Source: an uncultured virus (IMG/VR IMGVR_UViG_3300045738_002143) (Duplodnaviria; Heunggongvirae; Uroviricota; Caudoviricetes). Taken from it: DNA of 24,637 bases. Location of the stretch: IMG/VR virus record IMGVR_UViG_3300045738_002143. The stretch is one strand, 5' to 3'. Shown here in pieces: positions 16,178-24,557 of the stretch. The position numbers were made by a program, and so were the translations under genes. Positions within the stretch are counted from its first letter, which is position 1. Every line of letters begins with the position of its first letter. A model generated the notes under the pieces. That model was not told the origin of the DNA and made no database searches. It saw only the letters and a program-made list of their open reading frames with translations.

Positions 16178-17476
16178 ATGGTGGATAAATCTGGTAAAAA
16201 AGGGCGAAGTAAGCGTCCTCAGCAATCTTGCGACTTTTGTAACAAGAGTTATCGTGAAGTTGGCCCTCTTGTGGAGGGGAAGTCAAAGAGAATTCAGCGA
16301 CTTATGGGCGAAAACACAGAACAAACTGTCTTCATTTGCGCTGGTTGTCTTGAACTTGCAGAGGGCGTATTGAAGACGCAGCAGCGAGACGGTTCAATTT
16401 TTGAAATTGTGGTTCCCAAACCTGCTGAGATTGTGGACCATTTAGATCAATACATCATCGGACAAGATGCTGCCAAGCGTGCGCTGGCGGTTGCTGTTGT
16501 CAATCATTACAAACGATTGATGTCTGTAAATATTCCATCCGCAAAATACTCTGACGTAGAAATTGACAAATCAAACATACTGATGATTGGCCCCACCGGT
16601 TGTGGTAAAACGTTAATAGCTGATACGTTGGCAAAGTTCATCAAAGTGCCTTTCGCTATCGGCGATGCAACAACGTTGACTGAAGCTGGCTATGTTGGTG
16701 AGGATGTGGAGAACTTGTTGCTCAAGTTGATCTTCTCTGCCGAAGGCGACATTGAGGCTGCGCAACGAGGAATTATTTATCTCGATGAGATCGATAAGAT
16801 CGGCTCAACCAGTCGTAACGTTTCGATCACACGAGATGTATCGGGCGAAGGTGTACAACAGGCTTTATTGAAGATGCTCGAAGGCACGGTGGCCAACGTT
16901 CCGCCGCAAGGTGGCCGCAAGCATCCAGAGCAAACTTACATCCGCATCGACACCAGTCACATTCTATTCATTTGTGGTGGTACGTTCGTTGGTCTAGAAG
17001 ACATCATCACCAAACGAACTGGTAAAAAAAGCATTGGGTTCCATGCTACTGCGACTGCGGACGATGACGGAGACTCTTCCTGGATGGAACAAATTACTAC
17101 TGACGATATTACTGAATTCGGGTTGATTCCAGAATTGGTGGGTCGTTTACCGGTTATTACACACGTTAAGCAGTTAAATGAAGATGCCTTGGTTAAAATC
17201 TTGACTGAACCCAAGAATGCATTGACACGTCAGTATCAGAGATTGTTCGAGATGGATGGTGTTGATTTGCAATTCAACGATGAAGCGATTGCAGAGATTG
17301 CGAAGCAGGCTATAGAACGTAAAACTGGTGCCCGTGCCCTGCGTGGGGTTGCCGAAGAAGTGATGAATAGCCTCATGTTTGATTTGCCCGATATGACTGG
17401 GAGTACCTACACGGTTACTGCTGAGTTTGTACAGGGAGAGGTCAAGAGAAAAGATGCGGCTAAAGATGCGGCTTAG
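16178..17476 (+). CDS. clpX: ATP-dependent Clp protease ATP-binding subunit ClpX
   Basis: C4 Zn-binding domain, [46 protein letters not shown] loop, TGARALR. Confidence 0.97.
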   Translation: MVDKSGKKGRSKRPQQSCDFCNKSYREVGPLVEGKSKRIQRLMGENTEQTVFICAGCLELAEGVLKTQQRDGSIFEIVVPKPAEIVDHLDQYIIGQDAAKRALAVAVVNHYKRLMSVNIPSAKYSDVEIDKSNILMIGPTGCGKTLIADTLAKFIKVPFAIGDATTLTEAGYVGEDVENLLLKLIFSAEGDIEAAQRGIIYLDEIDKIGSTSRNVSITRDVSGEGVQQALLKMLEGTVANVPPQGGRKHPEQTYIRIDTSHILFICGGTFVGLEDIITKRTGKKSIGFHATATADDDGDSSWMEQITTDDITEFGLIPELVGRLPVITHVKQLNEDALVKILTEPKNALTRQYQRLFEMDGVDLQFNDEAIAEIAKQAIERKTGARALRGVAEEVMNSLMFDLPDMTGSTYTVTAEFVQGEVKRKDAAKDAA

Positions 17477-17489
17477 GAGGGAGACAAAA

Positions 17490-18098
17490 ATGCCTCAATT
17501 TCGAAAACCCACAAGAGATGATTCGCAAGTGCCATCAGAAAAACCGCCTGGATTATTGTTGGTAGAGCAGTATGTTCCGAAGCAGGGCAGAGTAGCAATT
17601 GATTGCGGGGCCAATGTTGGCAAATGGACTCGTCCAATAGCAGAAATTTTCGACAAAGTGATTGCGATAGAGCCAGACCCAAGGGCTTGTTCTATGAATA
17701 GGCGAAAATTGCCTTCCAATGCAGAGCTTATTCAAGCTGCTGTTGGTGCTGAAAGGGGCAGGTTGGAGTTTTCTATTATGCCTGCGACGATGCACAGCCA
17801 TTTGGGGAAATCAGAAAAAGCATTAGAGCATGTTATGGTGGATGTGTTGCCTTTGGATGAATTTGTGGACCAAGAGATTGACTTTATAAAGATAGATGTA
17901 GAAGGCGCAGAAGTAGACGTTATTCGGGGTGCTAAACAGTTGATACACACTAGAAAACCAATGTTGGTAATAGAGTTGCATAATACTGAAGACGAAGTGC
18001 GTGAGGCCATGTCTGAATTTGATTATGACCTTTATCCATGCGGCCCAGCAGGAAAATGCCCACATTGTCAACTAGCGTGTGTTCCAAGGGATTCTTAA
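17490..18098 (+). CDS. FkbM family methyltransferase
   Basis: IDCGANVG, AIEP, DFIKIDVEGAE.DVIRGA, P.LVIELH; SD AGGAGG. Confidence 0.9.
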   Translation: MPQFRKPTRDDSQVPSEKPPGLLLVEQYVPKQGRVAIDCGANVGKWTRPIAEIFDKVIAIEPDPRACSMNRRKLPSNAELIQAAVGAERGRLEFSIMPATMHSHLGKSEKALEHVMVDVLPLDEFVDQEIDFIKIDVEGAEVDVIRGAKQLIHTRKPMLVIELHNTEDEVREAMSEFDYDLYPCGPAGKCPHCQLACVPRDS

Positions 18099-18138
18099 AA
18101 AAAAATTCAACAAGGGATTCGCAACTAGGGAGTTAGTG

Positions 18139-18402
18139 ATGACAATTTTGAAAAATTTGGATGAGTTAGAGCAAGGCTGTGATGAATCGGCCATACGCAA
18201 GGCTTTAGAACAAACGTTAGATCATTTTAGTGTGTGGGAGGATAGGGAGGAGATTGGTGATTATCTATTGAGGATGGCGACACTTATTCGACAATTGAAG
18301 AGGCCATACGACAAAGAAGATAAGAAGCTGGAAGCTTTATCTACTATGGTTACGTATTTTAAAGTCAAGTTGTCGTCAGATTGTGATTTACAACAACAGT
18401 AA
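18139..18402 (+). CDS. Hypothetical protein
   Basis: SD AGGGAG before GTG/ATG; helical acidic 87-aa ORF. Confidence 0.65.
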   Translation: MTILKNLDELEQGCDESAIRKALEQTLDHFSVWEDREEIGDYLLRMATLIRQLKRPYDKEDKKLEALSTMVTYFKVKLSSDCDLQQQ

Positions 18403-18414
18403 TGGTGGTATAAT
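18387..18414 (+). promoter_or_regulatory. Sigma70-type promoter
   Basis: TTTACA-16-TATAAT; near-identical to the promoter at 22312. Confidence 0.7.
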
Positions 18415-18442
18415 TTTGCATGTGGTGTAGAGTAGATATGGT

Positions 18443-19045
18443 ATGGAATTCAGAACATGGTTTGAAGCCAGAGAAAAAGCACCATCATACAAAGATTCAC
18501 CCGAAGAATGGATGCGATGGGCCAAAGCGAAGGAGGCTGAAGATGCCGCATCGGCTGCTCGTGGGCTTGGACAGTTTATTCGTCCTGATGGTCAGGTGGT
18601 GTTGTACCACTTTATGTCAGGTGGTGGGCTGCCTGAGATCATGTCTGAACCCAGTCGTTTTGGAGCTAATCCATTTACCCAGAGAGATAAATCCGTGTCG
18701 AGTGTGCCCCGTACATTCTTTTACCTCGACTTGAATGATAAAGAGAACTTTTTTGAAGATGAACCTCTTTACAAAACATTGGTGCCTGCTGATCGAATTT
18801 ATGATTTGGTTAAAGACCCCTTGGGCCTTAAGGAGCAGGCTAGTAAAAATGGTGTGTTAAATATCTCTCGGCTTGTTGATATGGTCAGTGAGCATCCCGA
18901 CTACGATGGTATGTACTATAAAACCAATGCCCATATTGTTAACTGGTTCAAAAAACTTAAATTACAACTAACTGACGAAAAACTAGAGAAGAGACAATCA
19001 CATGTACCAATGGACTACGGAAGCAGTATCAAAAGGGCATCCTGA
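18443..19045 (+). CDS. Hypothetical protein with N-terminus MEFRTWFE; possible ART-like fold
   Basis: VVLYHF...PRTFFY...IYDL..DP...YDG.YY; TAGATA box 4 nt before ATG. Confidence 0.65.
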   Translation: MEFRTWFEAREKAPSYKDSPEEWMRWAKAKEAEDAASAARGLGQFIRPDGQVVLYHFMSGGGLPEIMSEPSRFGANPFTQRDKSVSSVPRTFFYLDLNDKENFFEDEPLYKTLVPADRIYDLVKDPLGLKEQASKNGVLNISRLVDMVSEHPDYDGMYYKTNAHIVNWFKKLKLQLTDEKLEKRQSHVPMDYGSSIKRAS

Positions 19046-20210
19046 TAAGGTAGCTGACCAAATTTCTGATTCTATTTTGGATGCCTATCTTAAGATCGAT
19101 CCAAATCTCCATGTTGCCTGTGAGTGCATGGTGATGAAAGATTTGGTTGTCGTTTCTGGAGAAGTCTCTCCCTGTGATAAGATTGACACTGAAGCCGTGG
19201 TGCGTCGTGTTCTTTGCGACATTGGTTACGATGATCCCGTTCGTGAATACGATGGTAACACGATTGAAATTCTTGACGGCATTAACGTACAATCGCAAGA
19301 AATTGCAAATGCTGTTGTCAAAAAGGATGGAGATATCGGTGCAGGCGATCAGGGAATTATGTTCGGGTACGCTACAGACGAGACTGACTCATTTATGCCG
19401 TTGGCGCATCACTTAGCATTTCGTTTTATTAATGCTTTGGAAGAGGATATCGCTAGTAAACGCCAAGAAGCACATTGGGGAAGCATCTTTTTGCCAGACT
19501 CTAAGTCTCAGGTAACGATCAATTACACAGATGATGGCAAGCCATTGAGTATTGCTACGATTGTGGTTTCCACGCAACATCGCCGGGATGTTTCTTTGTC
19601 GGAATTGAGGGAATACGTCCACGATGAAATTATTCCTCCAATTGCAGAAGACTTTGGTGAATTATTTAACGATGAAACTAAGTTTCTAATCAATCCATCG
19701 GGAGCATGGCATTTTGGTGGGCCTGCTGCTGATACTGGTTTGACAGGGCGTAAAATTGTTGTTGATAACTATGGAGGAGATTGTCCAATTGGCGGCGGTG
19801 CTTTTAGTGGCAAAGACCCCACGAAAGTAGATCGCAGTGCTGCCTATGCTGCTCGTTACATTGCTAAGAACCTTGTAGCGTCAGGAATCGCTAATAAAGT
19901 AACGATTCAACTTTCTTACGCTATCGGAGTTAGCCAACCAACATCAGTGCGTGTCATCACGCCCAGGAATCGGGATTCTTACATCGGAATCCCTGCTATC
20001 AAGAATATTCACTTGGCATCTTCGACGAAGACTGATGCTGATATTGGCGATATGATACAAGAACTCGTGGATTTGTCGCCATGTGGGATTATTGAAAGGT
20101 TCAATTTGAGAAGCCCGATCTACGCTAGAACTGCTTCGGGCGGGCATTTTGGCAATGCAGATTATCCTTGGGAAAAACTCGATCTGGATTTTTCAGATCA
20201 ATTCGTGTAA
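19002..20210 (+). CDS. metK: S-adenosylmethionine synthetase
   Basis: GHPDK.ADQISD, GAGDQG.MFGYA, PDSKSQVT, GLTGRKI.VD.YGG, GGGAFSGKDPTKVDRS. Confidence 0.97.
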   Translation: MYQWTTEAVSKGHPDKVADQISDSILDAYLKIDPNLHVACECMVMKDLVVVSGEVSPCDKIDTEAVVRRVLCDIGYDDPVREYDGNTIEILDGINVQSQEIANAVVKKDGDIGAGDQGIMFGYATDETDSFMPLAHHLAFRFINALEEDIASKRQEAHWGSIFLPDSKSQVTINYTDDGKPLSIATIVVSTQHRRDVSLSELREYVHDEIIPPIAEDFGELFNDETKFLINPSGAWHFGGPAADTGLTGRKIVVDNYGGDCPIGGGAFSGKDPTKVDRSAAYAARYIAKNLVASGIANKVTIQLSYAIGVSQPTSVRVITPRNRDSYIGIPAIKNIHLASSTKTDADIGDMIQELVDLSPCGIIERFNLRSPIYARTASGGHFGNADYPWEKLDLDFSDQFV

Positions 20211-20224
20211 GCTAGAGAAGTATA

Positions 20225-20659
20225 ATGTTAATAAGCAGAAAAAAGCATGAAGCCATTGTGTTATCCACTCCGCAAGGAGAAGTTATAGTGGAAGTTGTGG
20301 AAGTTAGAGGTGATAAGGTGAGGCTGGGTATTAAATGCGATAAAGATATTCCCGTCCATCGAAAAGAAAGCTTTGACGCAATTCAACAGGAAATTGATGA
20401 TAAAGATAATGACAATGAGTGTATGACTGAACGGTTGCACGTTGTCGGCGGCACTGTTCATCTGATCGACGAGGTAAGCACTCACCCGCCACCGCCAAGT
20501 CATTTAGAATTGTTGATGGGAGCCATTAACAACCTGATCGATCAAAGATGTATTGATGATGTGGTTGTTGATGGCGAAGGTGCTGTTATCACCACAGATG
20601 ATGGAGTTACTAAACAAAATTGGGATATAAAACCTACTAAGCTTGATGGTAACTTCTAG
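20225..20659 (+). CDS. csrA: CsrA homolog, copy 3, with an acidic C-terminal extension of about 85 aa
   Basis: MLISRKKHEAIVL...VVEVRGDKVRLGI....IPVHRKE.F.AIQQE. Confidence 0.8.
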   Translation: MLISRKKHEAIVLSTPQGEVIVEVVEVRGDKVRLGIKCDKDIPVHRKESFDAIQQEIDDKDNDNECMTERLHVVGGTVHLIDEVSTHPPPPSHLELLMGAINNLIDQRCIDDVVVDGEGAVITTDDGVTKQNWDIKPTKLDGNF

Positions 20660-20661
20660 GT

Positions 20662-20904
20662 ATGCAAAAGAACTGGAAGCCAAGATGGAGCTTAGAGTCT
20701 GAATTGGTGGAATCGGCGGTGGAATCGGCGGTGGAACCGAAAAGTATGAGGCCCAAGAAGCGAGCGACCGCTTTTAAAACCATAGCTTCTGCCATCGGCG
20801 ATGTAGGTGGATGGATGCTCATCGCCTTTATTCTTGGGTGCGTTTTTTCAGCTTTCTGTTTTGGGGTTTACTTTGTGACCAATTTTTCCATTCAGTTCAT
20901 CTAG
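20662..20904 (+). CDS. Small single-TM protein
   Basis: C-terminal hydrophobic helix; 12-bp tandem repeat at 20706-20736 (VESAVESAVE). Confidence 0.6.
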   Translation: MQKNWKPRWSLESELVESAVESAVEPKSMRPKKRATAFKTIASAIGDVGGWMLIAFILGCVFSAFCFGVYFVTNFSIQFI

Positions 20905-20916
20905 CAGGAGGCCCTG

Positions 20917-21294
20917 ATGAAACTTTTTATATATGGAACAATTAAGCGAGGTCAATGTCGTGCCGATGTAATGACGGGGCAGAAATTCTTGGGAAGTGCA
21001 AAGTTGGTTCCCATGTATAAAATGTTTAACTTAGGTCAATTTCCAGCTTTGGTCAAGATGCCGGGATTAGATAATGGGCCGATGATTGAAGGTGAACTGT
21101 GGGAAGTTGATGAAGATTGTATTCGTAGGCTGGATATGATTGAAGGAACGCCGTCGTTTTATCGACGGCAAGAAGTTCAAGTAGCTGGTCAAGAAGTTGA
21201 ATCTCTTTATGTGGAGAGTTATTTATATCAAGGTGATATTTCTGATTCGGAAGATGTAGGGGTTTCTTGGGATGATTCTATGATTCGCCAATAG
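20917..21294 (+). CDS. Gamma-glutamylcyclotransferase (AIG2/YtfP-like)
   Basis: LFIYGTIKRG, G.FPAL, GELWEV, LDMIEG...Y.R; SD AGGAGG. Confidence 0.9.
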   Translation: MKLFIYGTIKRGQCRADVMTGQKFLGSAKLVPMYKMFNLGQFPALVKMPGLDNGPMIEGELWEVDEDCIRRLDMIEGTPSFYRRQEVQVAGQEVESLYVESYLYQGDISDSEDVGVSWDDSMIRQ

Positions 21295-21529
21295 TCCTAA
21301 CTCTATCCATTAAATTTTCAAGAACACTGCTGCTCAAAGTAACATTGTGTTTGCTAAATGTTTTTGTGCCATCAAAAATTTCTTGGTTGATGGATACTTC
21401 CTTCCCATCTTTTGACACATACACTTTGGTATCAATTTGGAATACTTTTCCATTCTCTAAGTGTTTTAAAATTAATGTTCCCATGAAGGTATTAAGGGGA
21501 CGTGCAAAAAGATATTTCCTGTTTTGCAT
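21278..21529 (-). CDS. Hypothetical protein
   Basis: 83-aa ORF filling the gap; protein-like composition. Confidence 0.55.
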   Translation of the reverse strand: MQNRKYLFARPLNTFMGTLILKHLENGKVFQIDTKVYVSKDGKEVSINQEIFDGTKTFSKHNVTLSSSVLENLMDRVRTIGES

Positions 21530-21562
21530 AACGAATTGTTAAGTTGCCCTTCGGTGGGTTAC

Positions 21563-21592
21563 AAAAAAGCCCCGCCTGTGGCGGGGCTTTTG
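21563..21592. terminator. Intrinsic terminator, bidirectional
   Basis: AAAAGCCCCGCC-tgt-GGCGGGGCTTTT. Confidence 0.8.
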
Positions 21593-21621
21593 TTTACACA
21601 GAGGCCAAATTACTGTATAAA
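21593..21621 (+). promoter_or_regulatory. Sigma70-type promoter
   Basis: TTTACA-17-TATAAA. Confidence 0.6.
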
Positions 21622-21660
21622 GGCGATGCAATGTCTGTTTGAACCAAAAGGAGCCTGAAA

Positions 21661-22011
21661 ATGGATGTGACAGTTAGCGGAAAGGCAAGGGAAGCCTTGC
21701 GGGCTGGGATTATACGAGATGATTGCCTTACTTCTATGGAGTATTTAGGTCTTTCGTATCGGACACTCAATTGTCTTGAAAATTCTAAGTTTAACATTCG
21801 CACACTAAGACAATTATTGGCTCTAGACCAGGAGCAAATTTTGAAGATAACTAATTTGGGCGTTCAGGGTCTTGCTAAAATTGTAGATTGCATCCAGAGA
21901 TACGATGAATTAGAAGCTATTATGGAAGAGACAGACGAAAGAAAAATATTCAAACTAAAACGGAAGAAGAAAAAGAAAAATGTACCTTGGCAGTCAAAGC
22001 TGATCATATGA
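21661..22011 (+). CDS. Stand-alone RNA polymerase alpha subunit C-terminal domain protein
   Basis: SMEYLGLSYRTLNCLE...IRTLRQLL......LKITNLG aligns by eye to RpoA LELTVRSANCLK...LLKTPNLG; SD AAGGAG. Confidence 0.8.
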   Translation: MDVTVSGKAREALRAGIIRDDCLTSMEYLGLSYRTLNCLENSKFNIRTLRQLLALDQEQILKITNLGVQGLAKIVDCIQRYDELEAIMEETDERKIFKLKRKKKKKNVPWQSKLII

Positions 22012-22292
22012 GGAAGTCAAAGAAGGGCAAACACAAAACGCTTGATAAAAAACTAGAGCTAAGTGTGCAATGGCTTCAAAAGTTTGAGTGTGTAAAAAAA
22101 GTAATTATCAATCGAACAGAAGGTTGTCGCCATGCCTATGCTGCTGGTCATATGAGGGTAAAGTCGGATGTGGAAGGCGGGATCAAGATCAATGGTTATG
22201 GTGGGCGAGGAGTTACTGACCTTTTTGTGAGAATAGAGCCTATCAAAGACCGGGACAGGTTGAAAAAGCACATTGAAGACAAATTCAACTAA
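22008..22292 (+). CDS. Basic hypothetical protein, possibly DUF2103-like
   Basis: ATGA overlap with the upstream gene; H.TL, VKKVI, GGIK...G.GV.D.FV. Confidence 0.6.
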   Translation: MRKSKKGKHKTLDKKLELSVQWLQKFECVKKVIINRTEGCRHAYAAGHMRVKSDVEGGIKINGYGGRGVTDLFVRIEPIKDRDRLKKHIEDKFN

Positions 22293-22311
22293 CCGATGTG
22301 CGAATTTCTGA

Positions 22312-22339
22312 TTTACAATCACAGTAATGGTAGTATGAT
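22312..22339 (+). promoter_or_regulatory. Sigma70-type promoter
   Basis: TTTACA-16-TATGAT. Confidence 0.7.
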
Positions 22340-22344
22340 GGAAC

Positions 22345-22518
22345 TGTGATGCGAGGAACCTGCAACTGTGTCGCTCGAAGGATGGCAGTCTTGACGTTTC
22401 GGCATTCGGGATGCGAGGTTTCTTTTTCGCCATGTTTCACCATCTTCCTTGTGATGCGAGTCCAGACCGTCCTCCCGCTGTGAAGTGTGATGCGAGGTTT
22501 CTCTCACCCTGATGCGAT
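22345..22518 (+). repeat. Array of five (TGT)GATGCGA(G) direct repeats in a non-coding leader
   Basis: Cores at 22348, 22410, 22453, 22489 and 22511. Confidence 0.85.
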
Positions 22519-22546
22519 AATCGATCTCAGTGTTAAGGAAGGATTA

Positions 22547-22747
22547 ATGTCACGCAAGGTTGCGCTAAGAGGTCTTCGGTTTGAAGCGGTAAAAGCCTAC
22601 GTGAACACTCAGTTGTCTACTGGCATCAAAAATAATGAAGGTCAGGTTGTTGGTAAGTTCGTAACATCAGGGGTGGGATTTATTGAACACAATCGTAGAT
22701 TCAAAGCTGTGGTTAAAAAGACTTTGAAACCTGTGAGCGATCTATAA
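22547..22747 (+). CDS. Small basic hypothetical protein (66 aa)
   Basis: AAGGAAGGA directly upstream of ATG 22547. Confidence 0.65.
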   Translation: MSRKVALRGLRFEAVKAYVNTQLSTGIKNNEGQVVGKFVTSGVGFIEHNRRFKAVVKKTLKPVSDL

Positions 22748-22789
22748 ATGTCGGAGAATGGGGAGATCGCATAAAAGTTGAGATTGTGC

Positions 22790-22830
22790 TTTACAGCAAC
22801 AGAAACGGTAGTATAATCATTTTGTGATGC
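22790..22830 (+). promoter_or_regulatory. Promoter for the PARP gene with TGTGATGC at the predicted +1
   Basis: TTTACA-16-TATAAT; TGTGATGC at 22823-22830. Confidence 0.7.
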
Positions 22831-22855
22831 ATATGAGTTGGTGTAAAGAGGCAGA

Positions 22856-24454
22856 ATGATGTCAGATAAGTTATCTCAAAAGTCTTTCCCAACTGGTCAT
22901 GGGCCAGATGACTTCAAATGCTTTGGCCCTGCCGCTACTAGGGATGCTCAATTTGATGGCACCATGATTTGTGACATGGGATGCTTTAAGCAGGACGGCA
23001 CAGACTCTAACAAATACTACCATGCGTCCGTTTGCCAATCGACTAAAAAATCTCAATGGTTCGCCTATTTTGAATGGGGCCGAACCGGCGCAGTGAACCC
23101 TTCTTTTCAATTTGTAAAGTGTGAATCTAAGTCTGAGGCCGAAGCCGTCTACGCTAAGCAGCTTCATTCTAAGAATGATAAGCGTGGTGAGTGGCACAGT
23201 CATCCTACACTTGGCGAAATCCTCAAGGCCAAGGCAAACAAGGACTGTTATCTTGTTAGGCCACAGGCTACCAGAGATACCGGTCTGACTGATGCGAAGA
23301 CCATTACCTCGAATGAAGGTGCTGACGAAAGCAAGAAGATCACCAAAAAGAAAAAGAATAAATCTAGTGCGCCTAAAGCCGATAGGCAGACGATGGCGTT
23401 GATGCATGATCTAAATGTCGGTACTTTGAAGTATACTCGCAGTAGTGTTGCGGGCAACGCCCTTCCAACACAAATTGCTATTGATGAAGGTCGTGATATT
23501 CTTCAGGCAGCATTGGCGCAAGTGAAGACTGTTGGAGACGATACCGACGATCAAGTGAATGACTCCGAACTAAAAAGTCTCACGACTATGATGTATGGTC
23601 GTGTGCCAAAGATTAAAGACCGTAACGCCGATTCTGCTACATGGATTTTGTCTCAAGACAACATTACTGAATGGCAACAAGACTTAGATGCGTTTGAGTC
23701 AGCGTTGTATGCCGTTGATCTGGGGGATTCTGTAGACTCTGATCCATTTGGTGGAATGGACATCACGATGCGTCACCTTACCAAGAGTAGTGACCTTGGT
23801 GAATTCATCTACAACTGGATGCCAGGCGCAACAAGAGGTCGCCACAGTTGGTGTGGTGCCATGAAGATTAAGAACGTTTGGGAAGTGGAGAGAAAGGGCG
23901 ACGTGCAAAAATTACACGGCTATCAAGATAGGTTCATCTTGAAAGACAAGTGGACCAGCCGAGAAAAGCCAATGCACCAACCCAAAAATCGTCCCGACCT
24001 AGATGCGGATACGAGTAAAAGGTTTCGTCGGAGTGGCACATTTATGTGTTTCCACGGAACTAGAACGGTAAACGTATCTGGAATCCTAAGAGAGTCTTTG
24101 CGATTGCCGAGACAATTGGTCGGCGTTGTAATTACTGGAGCCATGTTCGGGCCGGGGCTTTACTGGGCAGATGACTGGAAGAAATCTGCTGGATATACAT
24201 CGCTTCAAGGCTCATATTGGAGTGCAGGTTCCGGTGGTGTGTCTGGACGTTCTGCCTTCATGTTTGTTGCCGATGTGGCTCTTGGCAAGCCTTACGTAGC
24301 ACCATCAAGTGGTGGTTACACCAAACCCCCAAAGGGCTATCACTGCGTTTTAGGCAAAGCTGGATTGAGTGTTCAAAATAACGAATTCGTCACTTACGAT
24401 AGTAGTTCTAACCGGTTGCGATATTTGGTTGAGTTTGACCAGGGTCGCAGGTAA
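22856..24454 (+). CDS. Poly(ADP-ribose) polymerase-like protein (WGR + regulatory helical + PARP catalytic domain)
   Basis: NKYY...EWGRTG; I..G..IL...L..LT...Y..VP; FHGTR; GAMFGPGLYWADDWKKSAGY; MFVADVALG; NNEFVTYD...LRYLVEF. Confidence 0.92.
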   Translation: MMSDKLSQKSFPTGHGPDDFKCFGPAATRDAQFDGTMICDMGCFKQDGTDSNKYYHASVCQSTKKSQWFAYFEWGRTGAVNPSFQFVKCESKSEAEAVYAKQLHSKNDKRGEWHSHPTLGEILKAKANKDCYLVRPQATRDTGLTDAKTITSNEGADESKKITKKKKNKSSAPKADRQTMALMHDLNVGTLKYTRSSVAGNALPTQIAIDEGRDILQAALAQVKTVGDDTDDQVNDSELKSLTTMMYGRVPKIKDRNADSATWILSQDNITEWQQDLDAFESALYAVDLGDSVDSDPFGGMDITMRHLTKSSDLGEFIYNWMPGATRGRHSWCGAMKIKNVWEVERKGDVQKLHGYQDRFILKDKWTSREKPMHQPKNRPDLDADTSKRFRRSGTFMCFHGTRTVNVSGILRESLRLPRQLVGVVITGAMFGPGLYWADDWKKSAGYTSLQGSYWSAGSGGVSGRSAFMFVADVALGKPYVAPSSGGYTKPPKGYHCVLGKAGLSVQNNEFVTYDSSSNRLRYLVEFDQGRR

Positions 24455-24557
24455 AAATATGACTCGCACACACTTTTGGTCAACGATGTGCATGTTGTTG
24501 TGTGTCGGCATCATGTGTTTGGTACTGGAAAGCCGTCTTGAAAGCGTAGATACTTGC

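Noticed and set aside
22345..22501. CRP/FNR sites (TGTGA half-sites)
   Set aside because: No TCACA half-site 6 nt downstream of any copy.
22345..22518. CRISPR or mini-CRISPR array
   Set aside because: Repeats are only 7-14 bp and non-palindromic, with irregular spacing (22-62 bp); no cas genes in the window.
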